Shown here one piece after another: positions 18,184 through 29,400 of a DNA stretch of 64,000 nucleotides. The notes under the pieces were generated by a model. That model was not told the origin of the DNA and did no database searches. It was given only the letters and a program-made list of their open reading frames with translations. Both the position numbers and the translations under genes were made by a program. Source of the DNA: an uncultured Planctomycetales bacterium (GTDB lineage Bacteria > Omnitrophota > Gorgyraeia > Zapsychrales > Fredricksoniimonadaceae); assembly GCA_964583975.1 (NCBI GenBank), contig CAZOXU010000003.1:7805-71804 (forward strand). The letters run 5' to 3'. Within the stretch, counting starts at the first letter, position 1; each line of letters opens with the position of its first letter.

Positions 18184-20700
18184 ATGGAAACAACCCCCAT
18201 GCTTAAGCAGTACCATGAAATCAAATCCCGACATAAAGATGCGATCGTTTTTTTTCGTCTAGGTGATTTTTATGAAATGTTCTTTGATGATGCCAAGGAT
18301 GCTTCGTCTATTCTTGATCTGGTCTTAACTTCTCGCGGGCAGGATGCCAGTCGAGTTCCCATGTGTGGCATACCTTATCATGCCTGCGAAGGGTATATCT
18401 CCAAACTGATCAAGGCTGGCCGTAAAATTGCCATCTGTGAGCAAGTGGAAGACCCTGCTGTGGCCAAGGGCATTGTCCGACGCGATGTGATTCGGGTCAT
18501 TTCAGCTGGCACATATCTAGATGAAGAAACCCGGACCCGCTACCTGCTTTCTCTATATATAGGCAAAAATGGGCTAGGCTTTAGCTTTTGCGATAATACC
18601 AGTGGCGTTCTCTGGGCCAATGAAGTAACTAATTCCAGGATCGCCTTAGAATCAATCTCTAAACTGGCCATTTACGAATGTGTTTATCCAGCAGCCCAGG
18701 AAGAACAGATTCGTTCTTTATTTGCCCACCCTCTTTTGAAACTTAAGAATGTTACCCTAAGCCCCATGGAAGACTGGCATTTTCATTTTGATGCCGCTAA
18801 CCAAAATCTCTGCGCCCACTTTGAAGTATTAAATCTCAATGGTTTTGGATTAGAAAATAAGAATTCGGCCATTGCCTGCGCCGGTGCTCTCTTAGAATAC
18901 TTACGCACAGCCAACAAAACTCCTTTGAAACATATTCACCGCATGGCTCTTTACACGGCCGATGATTATGTTTTTATCTCTCCTGCAGCACACTATGGAC
19001 TAGAACTTGAAGAAGTTTTAAAGACCTTGGATCTAACGCAGACATCTATGGGGCATCGCTTATTTCGATTTTGGATGTTTCATCCGCTTAAGAATATCCA
19101 GGCGATTGCTGATCGTCAAAGCGCCATCCAAACACTCAATAAGGCAAAAACCCGTAATAAAATCAACGAATGCTTGCAAAATATGCCTGATTTGGAAAAA
19201 GCACTATCAAGAATCAGCTGTGGCTGCTGCAGCATCAAAGATATCTTAAACCTACGTAATGGACTTTTACGTGGGCCGCTAATCCAAGAAAACCTGACAC
19301 CCATGAATCATCCTCTGTTAATGGTGCATGATTTAACGGCCTTACGCGATCTTTTAACACGCACCATCGATCCTGAAACTCCTTTAGCCAAACCTGAAGG
19401 AAAAATCATTCTACCGGGCATCGATAAAGAATTAGATGAATTACGCAATCTACAAGATAACAGCCGCACCTGGCTAGCTAATTATCAGGCTGAAGAAATT
19501 CGACGCACAGGGATCAATTCTTTAAAAGTTGGTTTTAATAATGTCTTTGGCTATTACCTGGAAATTACCAAGACCCATCAAAAGTCTGCCCCGGCTAATT
19601 ACATCCGTAAACAAACCCTGGCAAATGCTGAACGCTATATCACCCCTGAACTTAAAGAATATGAGGAGAAATTCCTTACAGCCCAGGATAAAATTTTAAG
19701 TATTGAACGGCGAATCCTTAATTCCATAGAAAAAGCCATTCTTTTAGAAGTCAATCAGCTACATGCCTATGCTTCACAAATTGCTCACCTGGACTGTCTG
19801 TTGTCTCTTTGCACTTTGAGTCAACGGCCAGGTTATGTCTTTGCTCAAGTCAATGATTCCATGACCATTGATATCCGAGATGGTCGACATCCAGTGGTGG
19901 AAAAGACCGTAACTGAAAATTTTATTGCCAATGACACCTTGCTCGATGATACCGATAATCATTTGATCATCTTAACCGGTCCTAATATGGCTGGCAAAAG
20001 TACCTACATTCGCCAGACGGCCATTTTAGTTCTAATGGCTCAGATGGGCGCACCGATTCCGGCTGGCTCGGCCACGATTGGTTTGGTTGATAAAATCTTC
20101 ACCCGCATCGGCGCTCATGATGATATTGCCAAAAACCAAAGCACATTCATGGTGGAAATGACCGAGGCTGCTGATATTCTCAATAATCTGACAGCCCGCT
20201 CGCTAGTAATTCTTGATGAAATCGGACGTGGAACTTCCACCAGCGATGGGCTCTCCTTGGCCTGGGCCTTGGCAGAACATTTCCAGAAGCAAAAAGCCCG
20301 CACGTTATTTGCCACCCATTTTCATGAACTAGTGGCTCTAGCCGATAGACTCCCTGGAATTAAAAATTACAACGTGGCTGTGAAAGAATGGCGAGATCAA
20401 ATTATATTTATGCATAAGATTGTGGCTGGTGGCTGTGATGATTCCTACGGAATTTATGTGGCTAAACTGGCTGGTATTCCAGAAAGCGTGATCAAGCGTT
20501 CAAAAGCAATCTTAAGTGAATTAGAACTTGGGAGCACAACGCCAATAAAACGGCATGAACGACAGATTGATCTGTTTACACCTCATTCTGATCCTGTATT
20601 GGAAGATTTGCGCTCGGTTGTGGAAGCCATTGATATCAACAATATAACACCGCTAGATGCGTTAAAGAAATTGGATGAGATAAAACGCAAATTAACGTAG
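18184..20700 (+). CDS. mutS: DNA mismatch repair protein MutS
   Basis: 838 aa. N-terminal mismatch-binding domain. Walker A GPNMAGKST. Walker B/DE, C-terminal HTH. Stop codon TAG forms the first bases of the downstream REP. Confidence 0.9.
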   Translation: METTPMLKQYHEIKSRHKDAIVFFRLGDFYEMFFDDAKDASSILDLVLTSRGQDASRVPMCGIPYHACEGYISKLIKAGRKIAICEQVEDPAVAKGIVRRDVIRVISAGTYLDEETRTRYLLSLYIGKNGLGFSFCDNTSGVLWANEVTNSRIALESISKLAIYECVYPAAQEEQIRSLFAHPLLKLKNVTLSPMEDWHFHFDAANQNLCAHFEVLNLNGFGLENKNSAIACAGALLEYLRTANKTPLKHIHRMALYTADDYVFISPAAHYGLELEEVLKTLDLTQTSMGHRLFRFWMFHPLKNIQAIADRQSAIQTLNKAKTRNKINECLQNMPDLEKALSRISCGCCSIKDILNLRNGLLRGPLIQENLTPMNHPLLMVHDLTALRDLLTRTIDPETPLAKPEGKIILPGIDKELDELRNLQDNSRTWLANYQAEEIRRTGINSLKVGFNNVFGYYLEITKTHQKSAPANYIRKQTLANAERYITPELKEYEEKFLTAQDKILSIERRILNSIEKAILLEVNQLHAYASQIAHLDCLLSLCTLSQRPGYVFAQVNDSMTIDIRDGRHPVVEKTVTENFIANDTLLDDTDNHLIILTGPNMAGKSTYIRQTAILVLMAQMGAPIPAGSATIGLVDKIFTRIGAHDDIAKNQSTFMVEMTEAADILNNLTARSLVILDEIGRGTSTSDGLSLAWALAEHFQKQKARTLFATHFHELVALADRLPGIKNYNVAVKEWRDQIIFMHKIVAGGCDDSYGIYVAKLAGIPESVIKRSKAILSELELGSTTPIKRHERQIDLFTPHSDPVLEDLRSVVEAIDINNITPLDALKKLDEIKRKLT

Positions 20701-20759
20701 GGGCAACCCCCCGTGGTTGCCCAATAATTAAAAGGGCAGACACAGGGGCCTGCCCCTAC
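20697..20759. repeat. REP doublet, reverse-complement arrangement of the upstream doublet
   Basis: GTAGGGGCAACCCCCCGTGGTTGCCC - spacer - GGGCAGACACAGGGGCCTGCCCCTAC. Together with 18073..18135 forms an inverted pair bracketing mutS. Confidence 0.65.
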
Positions 20760-20773
20760 GAATTGGAAACAAA

Positions 20774-22543
20774 ATGCCCGTAAAAATATTACCCCCCGAA
20801 GTCATTGCTAAAATCGCCGCTGGTGAAGTGGTTGAACGTCCAGCTTCGGTAGTCAAAGAATTGATTGAAAACTCAATCGATGCCGGGGCTAAAGCAATCG
20901 AGATCCATTTAAAAGATGCTGGTAAGGAATTGATCCATATTAAAGACGATGGCTGCGGGATCGCTAAAGAAGATCTTGAGCAAATTTTTCAGCGTCATGC
21001 CACAAGCAAACTTCGATCGATTGATGATTTAGAAAAGCTCGCTTCGATGGGATTTCGTGGTGAAGCTCTTTACTCTGTTGCTGCTGTCTCAGACATCATC
21101 TTACGCAGTAAGGTCACTTCCAAGGACGGCTGGGAAATACATTTACAAGGCAGCAAGCGCCTAGAGCTCAAACCAACTGCTCTGTCTGGCCCTGGCACAG
21201 AAATCAAGATCACCCAGCTTTTTTTTAATACACCGGCCCGTCGTAAATTTCTTAAAAGCACTACCTCTGAAATGCAGCAGATTTTTAATGTGGTTTTCCC
21301 TTATACGCTTTTGTATCCCCAAAAACATTTTGTGTTAACTCACGCTGGTAAATCTATGTTGGATGTCAGGCCTGCTATCTGCGCTGTTGATCGTATGGCT
21401 GAAGCTCTCAATCTGGAGAGCCGTGATTTGATCGAAGCCACCCAGGATTTTGCTGATCTCAATGCCCAGGTGCGCATGCTCTTAAGCAATATCAATGTGC
21501 AGCGCCCACGCCGGGATTTGCAGTTTATCTTTGTGAATAATCGCCCTGTAGAGAACAAAAACTTGAGCTTTAACATTAATGATATTTATCGTTTGATTCT
21601 GCCGCCTGGGGTTTATCCGGCCTTTGTCTTAGATATACAAATTGATCCAGCAGAAGTTGATGTGAATATTCACCCAACCAAACGTGAGGTGCGTATTCGC
21701 CAAGAATCTAGATTAGTCTCGTTTGTACGTCATATGACTGAGTACACGCTTCTGCAGCAAGGACAAGCTAAGGCACTCACCAGTTTACCAGTTAATCCTT
21801 CGTGGATCAGTGATACTACACCAGCCCAGAACATTACGTCCCCTGAACAAATCGTCTTTGATCCCACAGGAGAACAAGCTTCCTTTTCACCCAGCTCTTA
21901 CTCAACGTCTGGGCGTAACTTTGAAGCCAGTCACTGGCAAAGCGCTGTTCCTCAGGACCTTTTTAAATCATCGGATAATTTACACAACAAATTTGCGAAA
22001 GCGCGCTACGTAGGGCAATTCATCAACAAATATCTGATTTTTGAAGCTGATCAATCGTTATTTTTAGTCGACCAGCATGCAGCGCAAGAACGTATTATGT
22101 TTGAAAAATTCCAGAATCAAATTGAACAAGGAAAGATAGAAATTCAACCGCTTCTAACACCCGTTTTGCTTAAACTGTCTGCTTCTGAAAAAATCGCTTG
22201 GGAAGAGTCAGGTGAGAAATTAAAAGAAGTAGGGATTGAAACGTCGCTGTTTGATGACGATACACTGGCCATCCAAACTCAGCCTGTGCTTCTTAAAAAG
22301 ATTGATATTACTGTTCGAACACTTCTTGCTGGCGATGCTATTAGCCGCTGTGATCGTGCCACTATCGCTAGGCGTGCTTGCAAGGCCTCTATTGTCACAG
22401 GTGATCGACTGGATAGCACGCAGGCTGATTATCAACGTCGCCAACTTCTAGCCTGTCACGATCCTTTCACCTGTCCACACGGCCGACCCACGGTTGTAGA
22501 AATCAAAGAATCCTTTCTGGATCGACAGTTCTTACGGACATAA
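20774..22543 (+). CDS. mutL: DNA mismatch repair protein MutL
   Basis: 589 aa. GHKL ATPase N-terminus (ELIENSIDAGA, DDGCGI). C-terminal dimerisation domain; no endonuclease DQHA(X)2E(X)4E motif seen, though DQHAAQERIMFE is present, so it may be endonuclease-proficient. Confidence 0.85.
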   Translation: MPVKILPPEVIAKIAAGEVVERPASVVKELIENSIDAGAKAIEIHLKDAGKELIHIKDDGCGIAKEDLEQIFQRHATSKLRSIDDLEKLASMGFRGEALYSVAAVSDIILRSKVTSKDGWEIHLQGSKRLELKPTALSGPGTEIKITQLFFNTPARRKFLKSTTSEMQQIFNVVFPYTLLYPQKHFVLTHAGKSMLDVRPAICAVDRMAEALNLESRDLIEATQDFADLNAQVRMLLSNINVQRPRRDLQFIFVNNRPVENKNLSFNINDIYRLILPPGVYPAFVLDIQIDPAEVDVNIHPTKREVRIRQESRLVSFVRHMTEYTLLQQGQAKALTSLPVNPSWISDTTPAQNITSPEQIVFDPTGEQASFSPSSYSTSGRNFEASHWQSAVPQDLFKSSDNLHNKFAKARYVGQFINKYLIFEADQSLFLVDQHAAQERIMFEKFQNQIEQGKIEIQPLLTPVLLKLSASEKIAWEESGEKLKEVGIETSLFDDDTLAIQTQPVLLKKIDITVRTLLAGDAISRCDRATIARRACKASIVTGDRLDSTQADYQRRQLLACHDPFTCPHGRPTVVEIKESFLDRQFLRT

Positions 22544-22553
22544 ACCGCATTTA

Positions 22554-22582
22554 TTGACATGCCCCAACCAAAATTGTAATAT
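22554..22582 (+). promoter_or_regulatory. sigma-70 promoter TTGACA (22554-22559) - N17 - TAATAT (22577-22582)
   Basis: Consensus -35, 17-nt spacer, good -10, about 75 nt upstream of the small membrane-peptide operon. Confidence 0.5.
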
Positions 22583-22658
22583 TATTTCCATCAATCAAGG
22601 AATCCCCTTCCTTTAGAAACATACTATCAAACCTCCCCGAAATATCACAGGAATCCAC

Positions 22659-22847
22659 ATGATTAAATTTAATCAAAATCAAAAATTAGAATTAAGCAAA
22701 GCTATTTTTAACTTCGGAAACATTCTTGGTGGGACATTAATTGTAAATGAGGCTGTTTCAGGAAATCTAACTCTGTCCGGTTGGGTTTTTGGAGTGTTTT
22801 GTTTTGCAGCAATCTTTACAACTGCTACAATACTCATTAAAGACTGA
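22659..22847 (+). CDS. small hydrophobic membrane protein (62 aa)
   Basis: MIKFNQNQ... followed by two predicted TM helices. Confidence 0.4.
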   Translation: MIKFNQNQKLELSKAIFNFGNILGGTLIVNEAVSGNLTLSGWVFGVFCFAAIFTTATILIKD

Positions 22848-22859
22848 AAGGAGACCCTT

Positions 22860-22964
22860 ATGAAACCTGGTGTAGAATTAATTTATGGTTCTTTAACCTT
22901 CGTTGTTATGATTATGGTCTTTATCGTTATGAAATACAGCGAATCAGACACTCCCAAAAAGTAG
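22860..22964 (+). CDS. 34-aa single-TM peptide (not in ORF track)
   Basis: Strong RBS AAAGGAGA 7 nt upstream. MKPGVELIYGSLTFVVMIMVFIVMKYSESDTPKK. Starts 13 nt after the previous stop. Confidence 0.4.
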   Translation: MKPGVELIYGSLTFVVMIMVFIVMKYSESDTPKK

Positions 22965-23007
22965 GGATCGATCTGATTATGTTATAGGCAGATACCTGGT
23001 CTTGACT

Positions 23008-23367
23008 CTACGCTTCCTTCGGCCACCAGTGGCTTCTGATTTGATCTGCACAAGTTCTGGATAAATACTGACTGATTTCTTGCTTATCATCATCTTTGAT
23101 TCTACTAAATTCCATACCATAAAAATAACGTCCTTCAATTTCTTTATTCCAACGCACCTGGGCTTGAATATTTAGAACAAGATCGTCTTTTAAGTCTAAC
23201 AGCACATCAAACACATAAGCATCAGGTAATGGTTCTTTAGAGGAAATCTTAATTCCTTTTAAATTCATGTCCTCAATACAGCATTTTCGTTCCCATTCAT
23301 GTTCTCTTATTTTCATTTTTGCTTTTTCACCTATTTGCCAACGGGGGATTTGGCGAAGTTCAGTCAT
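23008..23367 (-). CDS. PilZ-domain-like protein (c-di-GMP binding family)
   Basis: 119 aa. RxxxR-like IPRWQIGEK and D/NxSxxG-like EDMNLKGIKI motifs in the right order and spacing. Confidence 0.4.
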   Translation of the reverse strand: MTELRQIPRWQIGEKAKMKIREHEWERKCCIEDMNLKGIKISSKEPLPDAYVFDVLLDLKDDLVLNIQAQVRWNKEIEGRYFYGMEFSRIKDDDKQEISQYLSRTCADQIRSHWWPKEA

Positions 23368-23410
23368 TTGCGACTCCTTTCTTAGGTACTCTAATTATAG
23401 TTAATTTTTA

Positions 23411-26400
23411 CTACCTTCTATAGTTGATTCTAAGAAATCCTCTGAGCCATACCCAGAGCCAAAAATAAAATCTACCGATCTTTTGAAGAATCTCTTCTAA
23501 TCTATTGGTCTCTGCCAAGGGCAAGATAGTATCCACTAGTGGCTCTAAAGATAACTGCTGTTCATCGTTGCTCCTTTGAAAAAATCTACTTTCACCATTG
23601 TTCATTCGATTTTCTCGATAATTCACTATTCTATTTTCTTCAATGGCGCTAGGATCCGCCAGCAGTGTACGTATGGCATCAAAAAACATCCCGTGGCCAA
23701 AGACAATGATTGTTTTGCCTGGATAAGATGCATTTAATTCATCAATAAATCTCTTGGCGCGAATAAGCAAGGCAATAAAATTCTCCCCACCCTCATAGGC
23801 TGCGGTCGCATCCATCAAAACCAATCGATCATAAACTTTCTTTGGCCCTGTCGGCAGCTCTTTGATGGCTACATTTCCTGCAACACCGATATTCATTTCT
23901 TTAATCCCCTGGTGGACAATGATCTGATGCTGTGCGATACCAGATAAAGTTAAAAATGCCTGGGCTGTCTGTAATGCTCTGCCCAAAGGTGAACTAATAA
24001 TCACTACCTTCTTTGCAACAATAGCTTGTCGATACTTTTGCCACAACCGTTGTGCCAAGAATCCAGCTTGGCTATGCCCCGTTGCATTTAAGCCATTAAA
24101 TTTAGGATCATCCTGGGCACCTTGCAGACAATGCTGAAAATTCGCATCAGTTTCACCATGACGAGCAATTTCTAAATCAAAATTAATTTTTAGGTTGCCT
24201 TTTGATCTTAGACGACCAGTTAATGGATTTATTTCAAGCAAATCTTCCATTTCTTCCAAAGTTTGCCACTTCCACCCGTTGGTTAAATCAAAACGAAGGC
24301 CAGGACCATAAGGCTTGAAACCCATTTTAGCAAGATTATCTCCTGCCTTTGAGGTCAAGCGTACGATCCAAGCTACGCTAAATCCGCGTCCTGCTAAAAA
24401 TGGAAACAACATGCACTTAAAATATTTCTCCATAAAACGCCAATCTAATTCTCCTCTACGGCTTCTTAACTTCCCATCACTGATAATGGCTTTATCATCC
24501 TTTCTTGTAATATGAATGAACATTATTGCATCGAGGCTTGATTGAGAATCAGAACGAAGCACAAAGGTTAAATAATTCTGATTATTGCTTACAATTCCTA
24601 AGGTAAAACCCCTTAATGATTTGGGAACCAAGTTCTGTAAAATCCATTGTTGAGGATCAGCATCGGTGATCTGCAAGCTCAGATTATGACGAGAATGTCG
24701 CAGATCTTGTGAAGCGGCTCCGACCCAGGCATTATGAGGATCTGGAACTTGATTAATGTCTAGGTAGTGAGATTGTTCTTCGATTGAGAGTGCTGCGTAT
24801 TCTTCAGGAGTAATTAAATGCCAAATGGGTTGATTCTCATCTGTGACAAATCGGGTTTTCTTAACCCATTTAGGCTTTTCCTTCAAGCCTGATTTTTGAT
24901 TCATCCATTGAATGACCGCCTGGATCTGTTCAATAAACTGACCTCTCTTTGTAAGAAATTTTCGCGCATTTTTCTTTATAAACTCTTTATGTCTAGATAG
25001 ATTCAAATGACCTAACTTAAAATGCGCCACAAATTGATCCACACACATACGTTGCGTAAAGGCAATTTCAAATCTTTGAGCGCCCTCACGAACAACTAAT
25101 AACGGCGCGTGCGCCAAACGCCGCTTAACCAAAACAACTGGGTCGTTCTTCTCTCCAATGATTTGCCAATAACGAAAACCCAGTAATGTACGACGCAATT
25201 TAACCTGGGGCTCATGATTAAAATGAAGCTCTACGTTATATTCTTTAAGCCAAGGGAGTTGAAAGACGCCTTTTCTGATTCTAAAAGGTGCGACATCTTC
25301 AAAACCTTTCGGAGGCATTAAAAATAGCGTGATATTATCAGATATTCTTCGACGTAAAGGACGGATGGATGAAGCAATCTTAGGAAAATTCTCTTTTTGA
25401 ATTTCTAAACAGTACTCTGCTCCTTCTCCAAAAAACACCGCATATAGAATCCAATTTAGAATATTAGCGACACCCAAAACAACAAACAATACAAACAATA
25501 CGTTAAGATCCCCATACAAATAAATGCCATAACCAATCGCAAAACTTGCTAAATGCACAAAATTGTCAAACAACGTGTAGACATTCACTAACACATGGCT
25601 GATACTGGCAAAGCCTCTCTTGACACTTTTAGGTGAATACTCAATCTCTCCCCAGTCGATTTCAGTAATTACTTCATGATAAAACTCATGTGTAACATCG
25701 AGAATAATGTCCCAAACAAGCAAAACAATAAAATAGGCGCTTGCACTTAAGGCAAACCAATATCCTGCGGACCAATGACCTTCAAAAGAACTTCTGGGAA
25801 TTGCTGCATAATTAATAGCCACAAGAATGATTTCAACAAGTGCATACACCAGAATAAAATTCTTCATATTCCTCAGTACTCGTAAATTAGCAACCTTACG
25901 CGGATAAAGACTTCCCTCTGGCTCAGAACTTCGACGATCTCTCCTATCTTGAGCAAATTTAACAGCCAACCTGGAAGACATTGGGCAAATGAACAATGCA
26001 ATTAATATGGATAAGACATGATTGTTTAAGATTTCATATGAAGCTAATACCCCTAATTCTTGCGCTTCATTTAAAATCATCGGCAGGAAAACTCCTTGTA
26101 AAATCGAACCGAAGAAAGTACCTGTTAAATAAAATAAAACGCTATTTCGATATACTTGAGAAAATCGCATAGCTGCAAAGAAATATCTGACTTGTAAAAC
26201 AAAACTCAATTTCTCATGCTTGTAAACAAAGGCGTCTAAGCCTTCTGAAGAAGACAAACCATCTTCGATATCTTCTCGACCATTAATATTTGAAAACTTG
26301 TGATTAGGAAGAAGTACGTTGATTCGGTTAAAAACTTTTAGAAATTGACTCTTAAGCTCTTCTAAAGGAATCTGCCCATTTTCATGCACCAAATTAACTA

Positions 26401-29400
26401 CTTTAAAGATTATTGTCCTAGGTGTAGATTCTTTAATATTCTCTGATAGAAATTGATCTGGCAGACGTCTTAAATCACTATTTTTGTCCCTATAAAATAC
26501 GACTTCTCGTTGTTGTTTGCTATCCAACACCTTGATCAGCGCACCTACACGCCAAGTGTTCTCATCTTGAGGATAAATCACCACATAAACCTTAGACTGT
26601 GGGGTGCTAAAGGTTAATCGATCCTCAAAATTCTCTAAACCTATTAATCGATTATTGTATTCATGACGATTGGCCTCATTCCAAAGTAGCGGAAATTCAT
26701 AAACGGGCAATTCTTTAACATGCTCTTCCACTTCCTCTTCATCATCCCCTTGTATTTTTTTATTACTTAGTCCCAGACCTATTTTTGATTTTAACCCAGC
26801 ATAAAACAAGAAAATTAATGCAAGACTAACCAGCAGACCAGCAACTATTAAAGGAATGGCATAAGGTCTATGATCACTTTCCTCATCATCTTGATTCTCC
26901 CGATTACTTAACTCTTGTTGTTCATTGACTTTATTATTGGGATTTTGTCTGTGGGGTAAGTCGAAGGTAAAGTTTGTTTCTTGAGTAGATCTTGAAGAAG
27001 TAATACCAGGTGCTGCCGTAACAATTGTTTGTGCTGAAGCGGATTGTACGGCAATGCTTAAGAATACAAACAACAGAACTACGGATCTTGTACCTGCTTT
27101 TAAAATTTGCGCAAATGCACCTCCATCCGTACCACCAGTACTGCTCGCTGGACCGCCAACTAAGAGAGGCTCACCATCTGGTGTGGCATCATCTCCTTGC
27201 CAATCTTGTGCATCTTCTTGGGGCACATCTCGATAGTCTGTGCTATTAGTTATAATTAAGGCATCAAGGATTCCTTCGGCACTCTGATCTTTATCTAGTT
27301 TTGAAAATGTCTTTGGATATTCTTCTCTGAAAATCTCTAATTCGGGTCTCTCCTTAATGCTTTTCTCTAACCGACCGTCTTTGATGGGAATGACCGAAGA
27401 TAAATGTACGCCAAAAATCTTATCCAAGCCTACCAGATACGCCGCATGTCTTACCATATCCATAAGATTAGTCTGTTCCGCATCCCGCTGAGAACGTAAC
27501 ACTGTTGTATGGCCAATCCAGAATCCTTCATTAGTGTATTCTTCCAAGGCGTTTTGCATCTTTTTACGACCATTGAGCATAAAAGCACTCAAAAGGAGTC
27601 TGCCTTCATCCTTATTACGTTTCATCCATCGCTCAAAATTTTCTCCTTTTAACGTCGTGTTATCATCAAAAAGAATGACTGTAGCCTTTGTTTTCATTCT
27701 AGCTTGTTTAACGCCATCCCAAAATTTAATGGCCTGCGTAATAATAGGACGCCTTCTGTAATAATCTCCCATATGCTCTGGTGCGCGCTTTTCTCTTGCA
27801 TCGTCCTCTAGTTCAGAAATCTCAAACCACACTTTGAAAGCAATCTTACGATCATTGTTTAAGAAAACTTCAATCTTCTCTAAAGCATCTTCTATGCTTT
27901 TAGAAGCTCCTCTGGCAAAAAGATACTCAGCTAAGGTTCTGATAGCTCCTACATCGATTGTAATGGCCCATTGTTTAAAAGCATCTTCACCTTGGCCCAT
28001 CTGTTCTAACCAATCTAAATAGAAATCCCACACTTTAGGAAACTCATTGTAGTACGCAAGTCTCTCATTAATTTGCCAATCCTTAGGAATCCAATCAAAA
28101 TAAAAGATTCCACTTTTATTGTCTAAAACCACAAATCGATGTTTTCTGGCTTTTTTCACCAGATGATTCACTGGATCTTCCCAAGCTTGAATTTCAGGAT
28201 AGGTCTTGGGCTTGATAGCTTGCTGCAAACTGTCACTCCTTCTAACAAACTCACGTTGTTCTATCGCATCTTCAATAATATCTTCTGAACTCCTTTGGGG
28301 AAACTGTATCTTAGTAGCCCCTTCTTTGGCAGCAGCTTCTTTCTTGGGAGGAAACATAATATCTCGTCCTGCTTGAGAATGTTCTTTCCAAGAGCCTACG
28401 AAAGCAAGGATTCTCTGGTTAATATGAGGATGTTGTCTAAATCTAGACAAGTGCTGATAAACATACATCTCAAATGCATCTCTTGCTTTCTCCTCAAATG
28501 AACATTGATCGAGTTTATAAGCTAAGACCTTGTAAATCTTCTGGATCAGTTTTAGATGTACTCGATGGTATTGCAAATTTCTCGCATTTTGAATTGTAAT
28601 CGATTCTTCTAACACGATCAGTCTTAAAAGCCAGTACCACATCGCTTCGGATGGTTGTTCAAGAATATTGAACATATATAAAGGTGAGGCTGGTTTAATC
28701 TTATCAACATTAAAAACCAATCGTAGGATCATTTTCTCAAATCGATCTGCATCTTCTTGTGTTAAACGTACATATGATTTTCCAAAGTTTTCTATGGCCC
28801 AAAATAGAAGATATGCGTTGGAAGTTGTGAATGTCTCGGGTCTTTCATATAAAAGCGCAATCAAAGCATAAATATAATGTTCCAATCTTTTAAAGAATGA
28901 CTTGGCCAAATCTTTTCCCCTCAAAACCAAGTCATTGTGATTACTTAACATTCTTAAAGGGTCCCACTCAATGACTGTCTTAAGCTTCTTAGCTATGTCT
29001 TCACGGACCATAATGCTCAAGGAAGGATCAACACGACTGATAGAAAGTTCTATTTCTGGTCTTTTTTGATGAGACTTTTCATCATCCGCTCCGACAAAAC
29101 AATTCTTCATATCTTTCAATCGGTAAATTGGCAAAGCCTTACCATTATTAGCTTGGGCAGACTCTTCTTTAAAAACCACGTGATACACCATTGATCCTTC
29201 TTGGGTTTCCCCAACCTTCTTAACATAAATTTGTCGTGCAATGTCCAGCCAATTGCGTCCGATAAGTTTCATGGCTTCTGAAATATTATAAATGCTCTGG
29301 CCATTCCAAATTCTAGGCTCAAGTCTCCCTGAGATATCCTCAGCTATCCCCATAAATCCTAAATCTTCTAAAGCAGCTATTAAACAATTGACCGTATCTG

